64,000 bases of DNA from Lama guanicoe (lineage: Eukaryota), in assembly GCA_013239625.1 (NCBI GenBank), contig MU054187.1, forward strand, positions 17,972,711 to 18,036,710. Direction: 5' to 3'. Shown here one piece after another: positions 1 to 11,289 of this stretch. Within the stretch, counting starts at the first letter, position 1, and each line of letters starts with the position of its first letter. Under the pieces are notes generated by a model that did not search any database, was not told the origin of the DNA, and worked only from the letters and a program-made list of their open reading frames with translations. Both the position numbers and the translations under genes were made by a program.

Positions 1-450
1 TTGCCTTACCTGTTTCTTCCCACAGAAACCATAATAAATGCTCTTGCCCTGGCTACCTCTGTCTTCTGACCATCCCTGGTGCTTCACCACATAGTTCTTA
101 CACTCTGAGCTACTATTCTTCTGTCTTAAACATTCCTAGACCAGTTGCCAGACAATGAAAGGTAGCTTCTCCATCCCAGAACCCGTTGAAATTACTCAGA
201 CTATCCCATCTTAGGCTTGGTTAGCTTGCCTTACCTGTTTCTTCCCACAGAAACCATAATAAATGCCCTTGCCCTGGCTACCTCTGTCTTCTGACCATCC
301 CTGGTGCTTCACCACATGGCCTCTGAATGGTGCCATATGCCTCCTTTCTGGAACTGTGAGTAACAAACTTTCTTTTCAGTGGCAGTTGTCTCCTGTTCTA
401 TTGGCCTCACCAAACCTGAATAATGATAAAACCTGTATTTTTAAAATATT
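1..450 (+). mobile_element. ERVL-class LTR (MER74/MER54-like), 3' part, with internal direct duplication
   Basis: Motifs 'ttcccacagaaaccataataaa', 'ctgaccatccctggtgctt' and 'ctgtgagtaacaaac' resemble MER74/MER54-type LTR 3' regions. Bases 1-92 recur at 226-317 with 1 mismatch. Confidence 0.6.
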
Positions 451-689
451 GGGTCACCCTCAGGCCAAAAATGGAAAAAAATAAAATAAAATCAGGAAAC
501 TCTGCATTGCATTTATTGTTCTTCAGTTTTTTACTTCTCTCCCCAGATGTGTTTTTATTTGTCCTACTATTACTTATTTTTTCAAGCCCTTGAATTGCTA
601 CTGTTTGTATTCTGTCTGGAGGTTTTAGTCATAATCAGTGGGGAAGATAATCTGTAGTGGGTTTACTCTACCTTGTCAGGCAACAGAAC

Positions 690-882
690 TCATATAGCTT
701 AGTTTTACTTGTTTTTGAAATTTATATAAAAGGAAACTCACAGCAGGTACTCTTTCTTTTTCAATTCCTTCCACCCAGCGTTATGTCTGTGAGATTCATC
801 TATGTGGGTCCATATTGCAATGTCTTATTTGTTCGTATTGCAGTAAAATTCTGTCATATGAAACTGTCACAATTTATTTTTC
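690..882 (-). mobile_element. Ancient L1 (L1ME-like) 3' fragment
   Basis: 'gttttacttgtttttgaaatttatataaaaggaa...tgtctgtgagattcatctatgt' is typical antisense L1ME 3' sequence. Confidence 0.6.
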
Positions 883-914
883 CAGGATGTCTACCAGAAT
901 TGAAAAAAATCTAG

Positions 915-1620
915 GGGTCTCAGATTGAAGATTCACAGTAAGCCCTGAGCAGGATAAATAAAACATTTACTCCTAGTCATTCTGTAACCAAAACCACTGA
1001 ATATCAAAGAAAAAGGGGAAATATAAAAAGTAATGCGTCAAAAGACAGATTATCTACAAGATAATACCAATGAGACTTCTTATCTGCAACTGTAGATGGC
1101 AGGAGACAACTAGGGGGGTCCTCAATGGGTTGAAGAGAAACCTTCATTGATTCAAATTTTATACTGGGCTAAATTATCATCTAAGAGAGATGCAAGAAGA
1201 AAGGTAAGTTAAGGTAAACAAATGCTGAGGCTGTTTCACCATTCATAGACTTTTGCCAAAAGAACAACTACTAGATATACTTCAGGAAGAAAGAAATTAA
1301 ATCCCATGAAGCAGTGGTGAGGGGGAAAAATGTTAAATATATTCAGCCATCCTTGACTGAATAAAAGATAAAAGCAATGATGATTTACTTGGAAGGATTT
1401 AATTATAGGTTGAACAATAATAGTAGATAATATGGGTTAAAGTGTTCTATAATTATTTTAGTTATTTGAGCAGTGGAAAGAGATAGATTGTTTAGATTTG
1501 TCAAGGAAATATAAAGTTTTAAAGCTAACCACCAAAAAAATGGAAATAAAACCAATAGCATCAAAAAAAAAAAGAAGGAAGGAAGAAAGAAAACTGGATT
1601 ATTGAACAGTAGGGTATTAC
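915..1620 (+). mobile_element. Ancient L1/HAL1 ORF1 C-terminal and inter-ORF remnant
   Basis: A-rich sequence with 'ctcagattgaag', 'gcaggataaata', 'agacttcttatctgcaac' and 'ctaaattatcat' L1 ORF1 motifs. No intact frame. Confidence 0.55.
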
Positions 1621-2694
1621 CACAAAATGTTATTTCCCAAATATTATTTGTAATCAAGCTCTGTTGGTACTTTCCCCCCCTGCTCCTTAACAACATTCTG
1701 ACCTGATATATAAAATATATTATAAATGTCCAGCCAAATATAGCTTAAAATTTCAATATCCAACTTGATTTCATCCCCCTCTTCCCTCTGTCTCAGGAAG
1801 GGGGCGCTCTAGTCTCCTTTGGGTCCAGTAGTCTAGACCCTTAGCCTCCTCTCCCGGTGGGGTCCACTTACTTGTCCAGAGATCGCCTTGGTGATGTTAC
1901 ACATTCTGCCTCCTCCTTTTACCTTTGAACTCCTTTTAGCTATGGGATCCTTTTCACTGAGGACCTCTTCTTCTGAGAGCATGATGTCCTAAAGTGGAGC
2001 ATTCCTATTTTTTCTTTTTTTCTTTTTTACTATACCATGTTTGTTATCAATATACTTTTATTGGTTCCTGTAGCAAAACTCCTGACTTCAAACATCTCCA
2101 GGCAAGAAGTATGTCCTGAAACTACGGAAGGCATGAAAACCCCTCCAAGAACTCTCTCATTACCCCCTGCTCTGCTCATGGGTGTGCTCACACGAGCTTC
2201 CATCTGGCATACATCTGCTTAGTAAAAGGCCTCTCCCATTCTTGAGGTATCCCCTTTTCTTTGAGTGATTGTCTTAAACAGCTCCCCTCTCACACAGCTT
2301 TGAGGGTATTACATTAAATATGTCTCTTGGCACCAAGCTTATTGCCCGTAATTTCACTTATTTCATTGCTCACTGTTCACGCTCTGCCCATTGTGCAAGT
2401 TCTGGGTGCTTTAGATGTGAAGACAAGTGAGCCGTGGCCTGGCCCCTCAAGTCCCTCTAACCACTCTCCCGAAAAACTAGCTTGTGAGTTACATCTGTGT
2501 GTACCTATTCCACAAAGACCATGGTACCTTTGAAATATGTCTATTTTGCTTAATGTCCAGATCTTTTCATTTTTCTCCATTTAAATTGACAACTTAAGTT
2601 AATGAGAAATGAAAACTTTCTAAACAATTGGATAGGATGCTGGATTATATGTTAGTTGTGTTCTAACCCAAGAATACACTGTACTTATTTCTTA

Positions 2695-3662
2695 TGTCAG
2701 ATTATGTAAGATTAGGCAATACCAGGGTAACAAACTCCAAAATTGTAATGGTTTTTCTGAACAAAAAGTTTGTTGTACGGGAAGATGTTGGTGGGAGTTG
2801 TCAACACTCAGGAGACACTACCTTCCATGCGGTTACTTAGCAATCTAGGTGGCTGTGATCTTGTTGCCGTATCATCTCAGAACAAAGCCTTCACACTGAC
2901 TGAGGCAGGAGAGGCGTGTAGTTGAAGAGTTACTGTATCAGACAAGAATCTATTATTTGACTATCATGGACCAGGGGACTTCCAAAGGAATGAGTCCTTA
3001 TGTATTTACGGGAAGATTTGGGAGGAGCTGGGAAAGTAAGTGTCTGAAAGTAGACTTGGAAAATCAAGAGTACCTTCCTTACACATTGGCCTGTGTGGAC
3101 AAGTTGGAGTCTGCAAGGGAATGTGGCAAGCCTGGGGTATCGAGTTGCCATAGTAAGGCTCCAAAGAGTTGCTGGTGGAGAAGCATGCAGGGGCCTGCTG
3201 ACTCTGTACCTGGTGGTGGATCTGGGTTTGCCATCGCTCTCAGCAGTCAGGAAGAAGAGCTGGACATGGAGGGTGAAGACTGAGGACAAGCTGGAAACTA
3301 CTGGCCCTTCTTCATCAATCTTTTGCCACCTACTCACAGAGACCTTTAGATGGCAATTTACTTCTGGCTTTTAAATCTTTCCATGAATTTCTCTTTGGGG
3401 AACTCTAACTCAGAATCATGCAGAAATGGGAATTCTTCAAAACGTAGTTCCAGCTTCATTAAATGCACACAGTCAGCACAAACCACCACTCCCCCACCTC
3501 CCAGTTCTTAACATGACGTGGCCCGCAATTGACACATTTCATTTCTGCTCATAGCCCATTGCACAGAATCAGTCATGTGACCTCACCTAACTGCAAAGGG
3601 CTGGGAAACGTGGGAAGGCACACAGACATTGCTTCAGCAATCATTCAATGTCTCTGCCACAC
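2695..3662. mobile_element. MaLR LTR (MLT1J/K-like) split by a nested LTR
   Basis: Left piece about 2695-2933 and right piece about 3490-3662 ('ttctgctcatagcccattg...cctaactgcaaagggctgggaa...tctctgccaca') are consecutive parts of an old MLT1 consensus. Confidence 0.6.
2934..3490 (-). mobile_element. Old solo LTR (ERVL/MLT2-like terminus) nested in MLT1
   Basis: Starts 'tgtatcag' and ends 'gggaattcttcaaaacgtagttccagcttc...cacaaaccacca', an LTR terminus motif. Accounts for ORFs 2930-3374. Confidence 0.55.
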
Positions 3663-4699
3663 CTACTATGTCAGAAGGAAGCATTTATAGATGTCAGAGT
3701 TCCACAGTTAGTGTAAGTGATCAATTTGATCTTTAACAAGATGTTTTGTTGGGTGCATGTATATGTCTTATTAAAATGTTTACACTGATGTTAGAACTAT
3801 AGTCACTGTAGTCAGGACGTTATCTGTAAGCTGAAAATCCTGGTTGGTACTCTTAGCTATTTTTCAGGGAAATACCTCTCTGGAAGGAAATCTTCAGCTC
3901 CTTGTCATCTCTCTCTCTGTCTTTCCCTTTTCGTTGTTGTTAAAGTAGTTTCCAGCACTGAGCTTTCCTAATTGCAACGTTCAGCAGCCCTTGGAGTATA
4001 GTTTCACCTATATTGTCTTTGGTGGGTGGAGAGCAGGTAAGAGAAATAATAAAATGGAAGATTAAAGAAACCTTGCAAATTAGAAAACTAATAGAGCATT
4101 TCTGTATATAATCTTGTGGCAAATTTGATATTACCTGGAGTGGAACTCTGAACATTTAGGGAAGGTATATTTTTACTGCATCTTTGAAATGCAAAAGTTA
4201 GCCATTTTATACTGCTGGTATGAGTCATTCTGGACATTATGAAGAGTGCAATATATTTGTCCACGTACGATTCTTCCATTTACGACTGTTTTGCAATAGC
4301 AATAACAGGCAGCCAACCCAAAGGAATTGCAGTTACTTTCCGGGTGACAGGGAGAAAGAATTAAAGTTCTCTTTCAGTTAAATAAAAATTTTAAAAAGAC
4401 ACCATCATCAAGGCAAATAAAACTTTCACAGATCTGTTTAGCCAGCCCAAATTTATGTAACAACAAATTAGTATAGGACTTTATCCAATTGAGATTAAAA
4501 TGACAAAATCACAATATAACGTGGATGTTTCTCCTGACAATTACTTTCTTTGATACATAAAAAATTAAAGATAGAGCAACATTATTGGACGGTTCTTGCT
4601 GAGTGTTTTTAATCCACTCAGATCTAGCTGAGGAGACACACATTAGCCAGCTGACCTTGAAGACATATTCTAGGAGCCCTGGACTGCAAGTTGGAAGTT

Positions 4700-4792
4700 T
4701 CTGAACTTAGTCTTGACTCTGACTAGCTGTGTGATCTTGGATAAGTCCCTTAACCTCTCTGAACTTGGTCTTCTCATCAGCAAAAATAGCTA
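4700..4792 (+). mobile_element. MIR SINE fragment
   Basis: Core 'actagctgtgtgatcttggataagtcccttaacctctctga'. Confidence 0.8.
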
Positions 4793-4814
4793 TGTTGATC
4801 ATCTATTTTCTAAT

Positions 4815-5120
4815 GCACTATGTCCAATGGAAATACGTGAGCTGCACATAAAATTTTAAGTGTTCTAGTAGCTGTATTCTAAAAAGTAAAAAGACATAGA
4901 TGAAATAAATTTAGCAATATATTTTATTTAACTTTATATATCTAAACAACATCATTTCAACCAGTAATCAATACACAAAATTAGTAATGATGTATTTTAC
5001 ACTCTTTTTTTTTTTACTGCCTGATGTGTATATTACACTTACAGTGCAACTAATTTTGGAAACTAAAGTTCATCGGAAATACTGGATAATATTTAGAAAA
5101 TAATTGAAAACATAGATTCA
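4815..5120. mobile_element. hAT-Charlie DNA transposon fragment (Charlie1/MER33-like)
   Basis: 'tgtccaatggaaata...ttctagtagc...aaagtaaaaaga...tattacacttacag' follows the MER33/Charlie1 end. Confidence 0.75.
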
Positions 5121-5597
5121 AAGAGATATTTGTATACCTGTGTTCATAGCAACATTATTCAAGATAATCAAAAAGTAGAAGTGACCCACATGTCCATCAA
5201 GACACCAACAGATAACCAAATGTGGTGTATACATACTATGAAATATTATTCACTCTTAAAAAGGAAGGAAATTCTGACCCATGGTGCAACATGAATGTAC
5301 CTTGAAAACATGGACAAATCTTGCCTGATTCTATTTTTAGGGGGTACTTAGAATAGTCAAATTCACAGAAACAAAAAAGTAGAATGGTAGTTGTCAGGGG
5401 CTGAGGAGAGGAGAAAATGGAAGTGGATGTTTAATGGGTACTGAGTTTCAGTTTGGGAAGATAAAAAGGCTCTGCAGATGGATGGCAGTGACAGTTGCAC
5501 AATGCCAATGTATTAATGCCCCTGAACTGTATGCTTAAAAATGTTTAAAATGCTGAATTTTATGTTAGTTATATTTTACCACAATAAAAAATAAACC
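5121..5597 (+). mobile_element. L1MB-like 3' end
   Basis: 'tgttcatagcaacattattc', 'gtttaatgggtactgagtttcagtttgggaagat' and terminal 'attttaccacaataaaaaataaa'. Confidence 0.85.
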
Positions 5598-6075
5598 AAA
5601 ACATGACTTCTGTAACAGTAGAATTCAGAGTCTTAGAGATATGAAACCATTAAACATAATTAAATGTAATTATGAACATATGATAGGTTCTAACTACTAG
5701 TAGATTCTTTATCCTGCAAAAGAGCACCTGGGTCTATGGAGTGTTGACTTTCAGTATACTGCAGCTGACTCTTCATTATTTCCCTTGTCATCTGAAGTGA
5801 GTGCTTTCAGATAATGGGGGAATAAAATAAGACCAGGGAATTTCACTGACATCTTCCCATTGCCCACTTTTGAATTTACTCATTTCAAGGTGAAATTTGT
5901 GGGTGATAATATTAAGATGCATAAAGCATAATTTAAGACATTGTGGTTCTGCTGCAGAATTACAAATGGAGAATGCTAATTAAAATCAGATTGGTTGAAG
6001 TGTTTATGCCGGAAAGGACAAATTGCTACCCAGTCCTTATCTAGAGATGCTTGATTTAATCTGCTTTATACCAGC

Positions 6076-6116
6076 CAGCTGACCCCTCAGCTGAAGGCAG
6101 ATGTTACCCTGGGAAC
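6076..6116. promoter_or_regulatory. Candidate enhancer motif cluster: three E-boxes plus an RFX-like box
   Basis: CAGCTG 6076-6081, CAGCTG 6088-6093, CAGATG 6098-6103 and GTTACCCTGGGAAC 6103-6116 in non-repetitive sequence. Confidence 0.3.
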
Positions 6117-7313
6117 CTGGAATTGTTGACTGCTGTTAACAAATTCAAATTCCAGCAGAGGCAGCAATCATACCAAATTTGGGAATGGCTTCATCCCGGC
6201 ATAGCTTATCTCTAAGCTCAGTGAAATATGTGTTGAAAACCCCTGAAAAAATAGAAAGACCCCCGGAGTAGAAGTCATCAGTATTTTAAGCACAGCTGTG
6301 GCACTAAAAGCCACTGGGAACGTCAGGAAATCTCTCACTCTCTCTCTCTGAGTTGAATTTTCTGGTTTGTAAATGGAGATCTTTTTGCCCATCCTTTGCA
6401 TTTTCAAAAGTCCGTGATCTACTACTGATCCATCCACATCTATTAGGAACCTCAAAGTGGTTCATGGAATAACAGTAGTGAGTCAGCTAGGTTTATTCAT
6501 AGTTTGTTGTGAAAATAGGAATAAATCCATCCAAAATACTTTAAATTCTAAAAGAAAGAGGCACTTGGTATAGGAACATTTAGCTTAAAAATCAATGAAT
6601 GCCAGTGATGACTCTGTTTTGACTTAGACGCTTGAATATATGTATAAAAACAGATTTTATTTACATTATGCTCTGTACTTGATTTTCTTATCACACATAG
6701 ATAATACTTCTCCCTTTTTGGTGAAGTAATTGAACAGACCTCACAGAGAAGAGTGAGAATTTTTTCTTCTGTCTAAATGGACTGGAATATGGTAACACAT
6801 CCTTCTCCATCTAAGGCTCTCTCTTTGATCCTTTTCAATAAAAACTTCCCACTGGCCTCTCTTCTTCAGAGTCTCCTGGTCCTTCCAGCTCTGCCTTTCA
6901 CTCAAAGCTCTGTATTCAGTTCTCACTTTGGTACCTGCCTGTATCTGTGGTCAGATTGCACCCACGCTCTCATTCACATAGCCCTTTTAAGGAAACTGGA
7001 CCGGCTTACAGTCCACTAGACTGCCACGTGCCACACAGGGGAAGTAGGAAGGCTCTCTGTGCCCTTTGTCCACTGGAACTTTCTTCTCCTTTTTGGGATA
7101 GCTATGGAACAAAAGCATTTCTCTTTGTTCACTATCTGTGTTTTGGGGGTACACTTTCTATAATACTAACAATATCTGTATCAACAACAGAGATCATAGC
7201 ACAATGAAAACTTTTTTTCCTGTCTGTATAATTCCAAATAATGGTAAATTACATCATTGGTATCATATCCAGCAAAATTTGCGATCATAAGATCTGATTT
7301 TAAGTGTATTGGC

Positions 7314-7480
7314 TTTTGGGGGGGAGGGGGAGGTAAATAGGTTTATTTATTTACTTATCTATTTTTTAAATCTTTAAAAAAATTTTTTTATCTGTTTATT
7401 TTTAATGGAAGTTCTGGGGATTGAACCCTGGACCTCATGCATGCTAAGCATTCATTCTACCTCTGAGCTATACCCTCCCC
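7314..7480 (-). mobile_element. Camelid tRNA-derived SINE (Vic-1-type)
   Basis: Reverse strand reads GGGGAGGGTATAGCTCAGAGGTAGAATG...GGTCCAGGGTTCAATCCCCAG (A and B boxes), then an AT-rich linker and 'AAACCTATTTACCTCCCCC...AAAA' tail. Imperfect TSD tgtattggctttt / tgttggtttt. Confidence 0.9.
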
Positions 7481-7509
7481 TCTGTTGGTTTTGCTATTTA
7501 TTAATTCCA

Positions 7510-7645
7510 AGCCCTTAGGGGAGTATTTTAATCTCTGTTTGTTTCCATTTCTTCATATTTTAATGGGGAGTTAACTTACAATAGAAAAAATCTGTTAAAA
7601 GTTTCTAGCATGGTGTCTGGACCTGGATAAGCATCCAACAGAGCT
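7510..7645 (+). mobile_element. MIR fragment
   Basis: 'ttaatctctgtttgtttccattttcttcatatttaatgggg...tagcatggtgtctggac'. Confidence 0.55.
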
Positions 7646-8064
7646 CAGTTCTTATAATTCTATAGGTAATAGAAATCACTCTACTTTGAGTCTGTATTGC
7701 AGTAATTGTTTATCATTTTTCTTAAAAAATATTTTAATAGAGAAGCTGCTTCAAGGCCTGGTATTTATTATAGTTGCTGCATTGTTGGGTAAATTGTTCT
7801 TTGCAAAAACCTAGAGTCCCAAAAACCTAGTCCCAATTCGTGGGAAATTTTTCGTACTAACCGTACATAGTCATTGTACTCGTAGTCATTGCTATTTTGT
7901 GTAGTTAATATGAAAAATTTCCAACAAATGACAGTAATGAGTTGTGGACTGCTCTTTGGGATATTAGCCTTTTTATTGAAAAAAAAAAAGGCTCAATCCT
8001 ACTCTCTCCTTAAAAAAAAAAAATCCACTGCAGATTATGTCTGGAAGCTGAATTTCATTAAAGC

Positions 8065-8205
8065 AATGTTTCCACCCATGGACTATCCAAAACAATCCAT
8101 ATACCAGGGCCACACCCTGGGAAATTCTGATTCAGTGACCCCGAGTGGGGTTTGGTAATACACAATTTGAAAACACTCCAGAAGCTATTATGGTGCACAT
8201 TTCTG
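8065..8205. mobile_element. MER5A-like hAT MITE fragment
   Basis: 'gggccacaccctgggaaattctgattcagt...gagtgggg' MER5 core. Confidence 0.55.
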
Positions 8206-9428
8206 ATTGATAAGAGCAGAATTCAATCAGTGCAGGGGAGCATGGGCTATTACAAAGCTCAGCAGGTGTCTCAGTATCATTCTTGATTTTTGGATTCTTG
8301 TGCAGTTTCATAAAGATGAGAATAGAATTTTAATTGAGGCTCTATTTCCATGGGAACAAGAAACCCAGTGCTCCTTCCTGTTCCCAGTTATGTCTGTAAC
8401 AAAGTATCCTATTGTTCCCTCCAAACTGCTGCAATGCAGTGAACACTACTGAAACCAGTTTCCTGCCCGTTAATAGAATACAGTTTGCAGGTTCTTAATT
8501 GTAGATAATGGTGTGTCTGTGTGAGATTTTCCGTTTCCTTGGATTGTCCTCATAGACGAAGAATTTTAGAGCTGATGCCCAGCACTGTGATTTTACAGAT
8601 AAGATCATTGAAATCTATGGTGAATAATGACATTGCCTAAGGTCACACAGGTGGGTGAATTTTTAAATCTTTTTGAGGGTATACTATATGTAATTAGCTC
8701 TTATTTTTCTTGCAGCATGGAGAAATGAATACATTTTATAAAAAGCAGCAAAAAGAAAAATTGTCTAAGTACAACAGAACTGTCAGCAAACTTCAAAGCA
8801 TCCAAGATATTTATTATACTTCACAGTTCATAATACTTATCTGATTCTTATATTTTCGTACAAATCCTCTAATTAACATAAAACCTATTGGCAATTTGGA
8901 AAGTGTAAAGCATAATGTAGGTTCTGTTTCCCTCTTATCATGAAGAACAACATCTTGTTGATCATCATTCAATCACAGCCGAGCAGACAGAGAAACTTGG
9001 ATTTTTTATTACTTTTGTTTCTAACCAGTAGGTTAAATTGGTAAAACATAAATAAAGTAATAAATGAGATACTTGGTTATAGAATCCAATTTATTTTTAT
9101 ATAGTTTTTCATAGACATCCTCATAAAATGCTTGTTGGAGACTGAGTTGTGAACAAACATGTAAGATGCTAACATATTCTTTTCCTTTCTTTTTTTTTTC
9201 TTTACATAATGTTGAGTATATTAAAAAAGAAGATTTTACTTACTATCTGTAGGTATAAAATATAGTATAACAAAACCACTGCCAGCTTAAAAAATAGAAA
9301 ATTACCATTATCTTTGAAGCTTCTTCTTTGTCCTACACTTATTCTGTTCTCTCTCCTTCATTGGAAATAACAAATATACTGAATTTGGGGTTTATCATTC
9401 CCTTGTTTCTTAATAGTTTTGCCATATA

Positions 9429-10571
9429 CAAGCATACCTTGAGATATTGTGCATTTGGTTACAGACCAACCACAATAAAATGACTATCACAATAAAGTAA
9501 GTCACATAAATTTCCCAGGGCAAACAAAAGTTATGTTTACACTATGCTGTAGTTTATTAAGTGTACAACAGCGTTTTTGATATCTAAAAAATGTACATAC
9601 TTTAATTTAAAAATACTTTACTGCTAAGAAATGCTAACCATAATCTGAGCCCTCAGTGAGTCACAATCTTCTTGCTGGTGGAGGATCTTGCCACAGTGTT
9701 GGAGGCTGAGTGATCAAGGTGGTGTTGCAGAAGGCTGGGGTGGCTGTGGCAATTTCTTAGAATAAGACAGCAATGTTGATATTGTTAATGTTGATATTTT
9801 GACTTCTTCCTATGAATCAGCAGTGTTCTTAATGGCACCCAGAGTGGTGAATCCTTTCCAGAAGGTTTTCAATTGACTTTGCCCAGATCTATCAAAGGAG
9901 TCACTATTTAAGGCAGCTAAAGCTTTACAAAATGTATTTCTTAAATAATTCGAGTTGAAAGTCCAAATTACTCTTTGATCTGCAGGCTGCTGAATGCATG
10001 CTGTATTAGCAGGCATGTAAACAAAGTTAATCACATTGTCCATCTCCATCAGACATCTTTGGTGACCAGGTGCATTGACAGTGAGCAGTAATATTTAGAA
10101 AGGGATCTTTTTTTAATTTTTTTCTGAGCAATAGTTTTCAACAGTGGGCTGAAAATACTCAGTAAACCATGTCATAAACAGATGTGCTGTCATCCAGGCT
10201 TTGTTGTTCTGCACACAGAGCACAGGCAGAGCCCTAGGATTTTCAGAGTGACAAATGGGCATCACCTTCAACCTAAAGCCAGCACCTGCATTAGCTCCTA
10301 ACAAGACGGTCAGCCTGTCCTTTGACGCTTTGAAGCCAGGCGTTGACTTCTCCTCTCTAGCTATGAAAATTCTAGATGGCATCTTCTTCCAATATAAGGC
10401 TATTTCATCTCCACTGAAAATCTGTTGTCTAGTGTACCCACCTTCACTAATAATCTTGGCTAGATCATCTGGAACACTTCCTGCAGCTTCTACATCAGTA
10501 CTTGCTACTTCACCTTGCACTTTTATTGGAAATGCCTTCTTTCCCTAAAACTTATGAACCAACCTCTGTTA
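9429..10571 (-). mobile_element. Tigger1 (Tc1/mariner-pogo) DNA transposon, 3' half
   Basis: TA followed by terminal 'caagcataccttgagatattg'. The interior is a decayed Tigger transposase. The other terminus is absent. Confidence 0.92.
9810..10520 (-). pseudogene. Disrupted Tigger1 DDE transposase remnant
   Basis: ORFs give '[47 protein letters not shown]', 'NNKAWMT' and 'PANTACIQQPADQRVI', which are pogo/Tigger DDE motifs, split by frameshifts and stops. Confidence 0.9.
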
Positions 10572-11082
10572 GGAGTGGAAATGCTGGATCCTGGGACATG
10601 TGTACTTCACCTTACTAGATACTATGTTTTTGTTTTGCAAAGAGATTATAGCAATTAATATACTTAGCAAACCTGTATGAGAGTTTCATTGCTCCATAAT
10701 TGGTGGTAATGACAATTTATTACATTACAGTTTTAATTTGCATTTCCATAATTCTTAATGAGATTAAAACTGTTGTTAATGTTTTGTTCATTTCTGCTTC
10801 CATCTTCAGAAAATACCTATTCAACTGTTTTGCCCATTTTTCCACTGAAATGTTTGTCTTTTTACAAATTAATTTATTGCAGTTCTTAGTATAGTCTGCA
10901 TTCCAATTTCTCATCAGTTACAAATATATTCTAATTTACTGCTTGATTTTCAATTTGAGAAGGGTCTCATTGAATAAAAGTTCTTAATTTTATTGTAATT
11001 GTATTTACCAAGCTTGGTCCCTTTTGGGTCTTACCATAAAAATATTCTCCTATTTTTTCTTCCAAAATTGTTGTATCGTTCA

Positions 11083-11131
11083 CATATGAATCTGAATCCA
11101 TATGAATATATGAATCCATATGAACCATATG
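11083..11131. repeat. Degenerate microtandem of CATATGAAT(C)
   Basis: catatgaatc-tgaatc-catatgaat-atatgaatc-catatgaac-catatg. Confidence 0.85.
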
Positions 11132-11289
11132 GGTTTGTTTCTTCTGTATATTTCACTTTGCTTTTTTTCCTAAGTGGACAACCAACTATCCTAGTAACAT
11201 TTGTTGAAATATTTGTCATTCCTTTACTGAATTTTCACATCAGTTCTACTAATAATTGAATATTCACGTATGTGTGAATTTGCACTGGA

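Noticed and set aside
1794..1809. CTCF-like CAGGAAGGGGGCGCTC
   Set aside because: The 3' half matches, but the conserved CCAS(Y) half has two mismatches.
2930..3374. Overlapping ORFs of 93-135 aa
   Set aside because: They lie inside an LTR-like element and show no recognisable protein motif.
7400..7480. tRNA gene
   Set aside because: The tRNA-like part is the SINE head. It is followed by the SINE tail and has no intact cloverleaf end.
10113..10520. 135-aa transposase ORF as a domesticated TIGD-like gene
   Set aside because: The adjacent coding sequence is frameshifted, the N-terminal half is deleted and the TIR is retained. It is an ordinary Tigger1 fossil.
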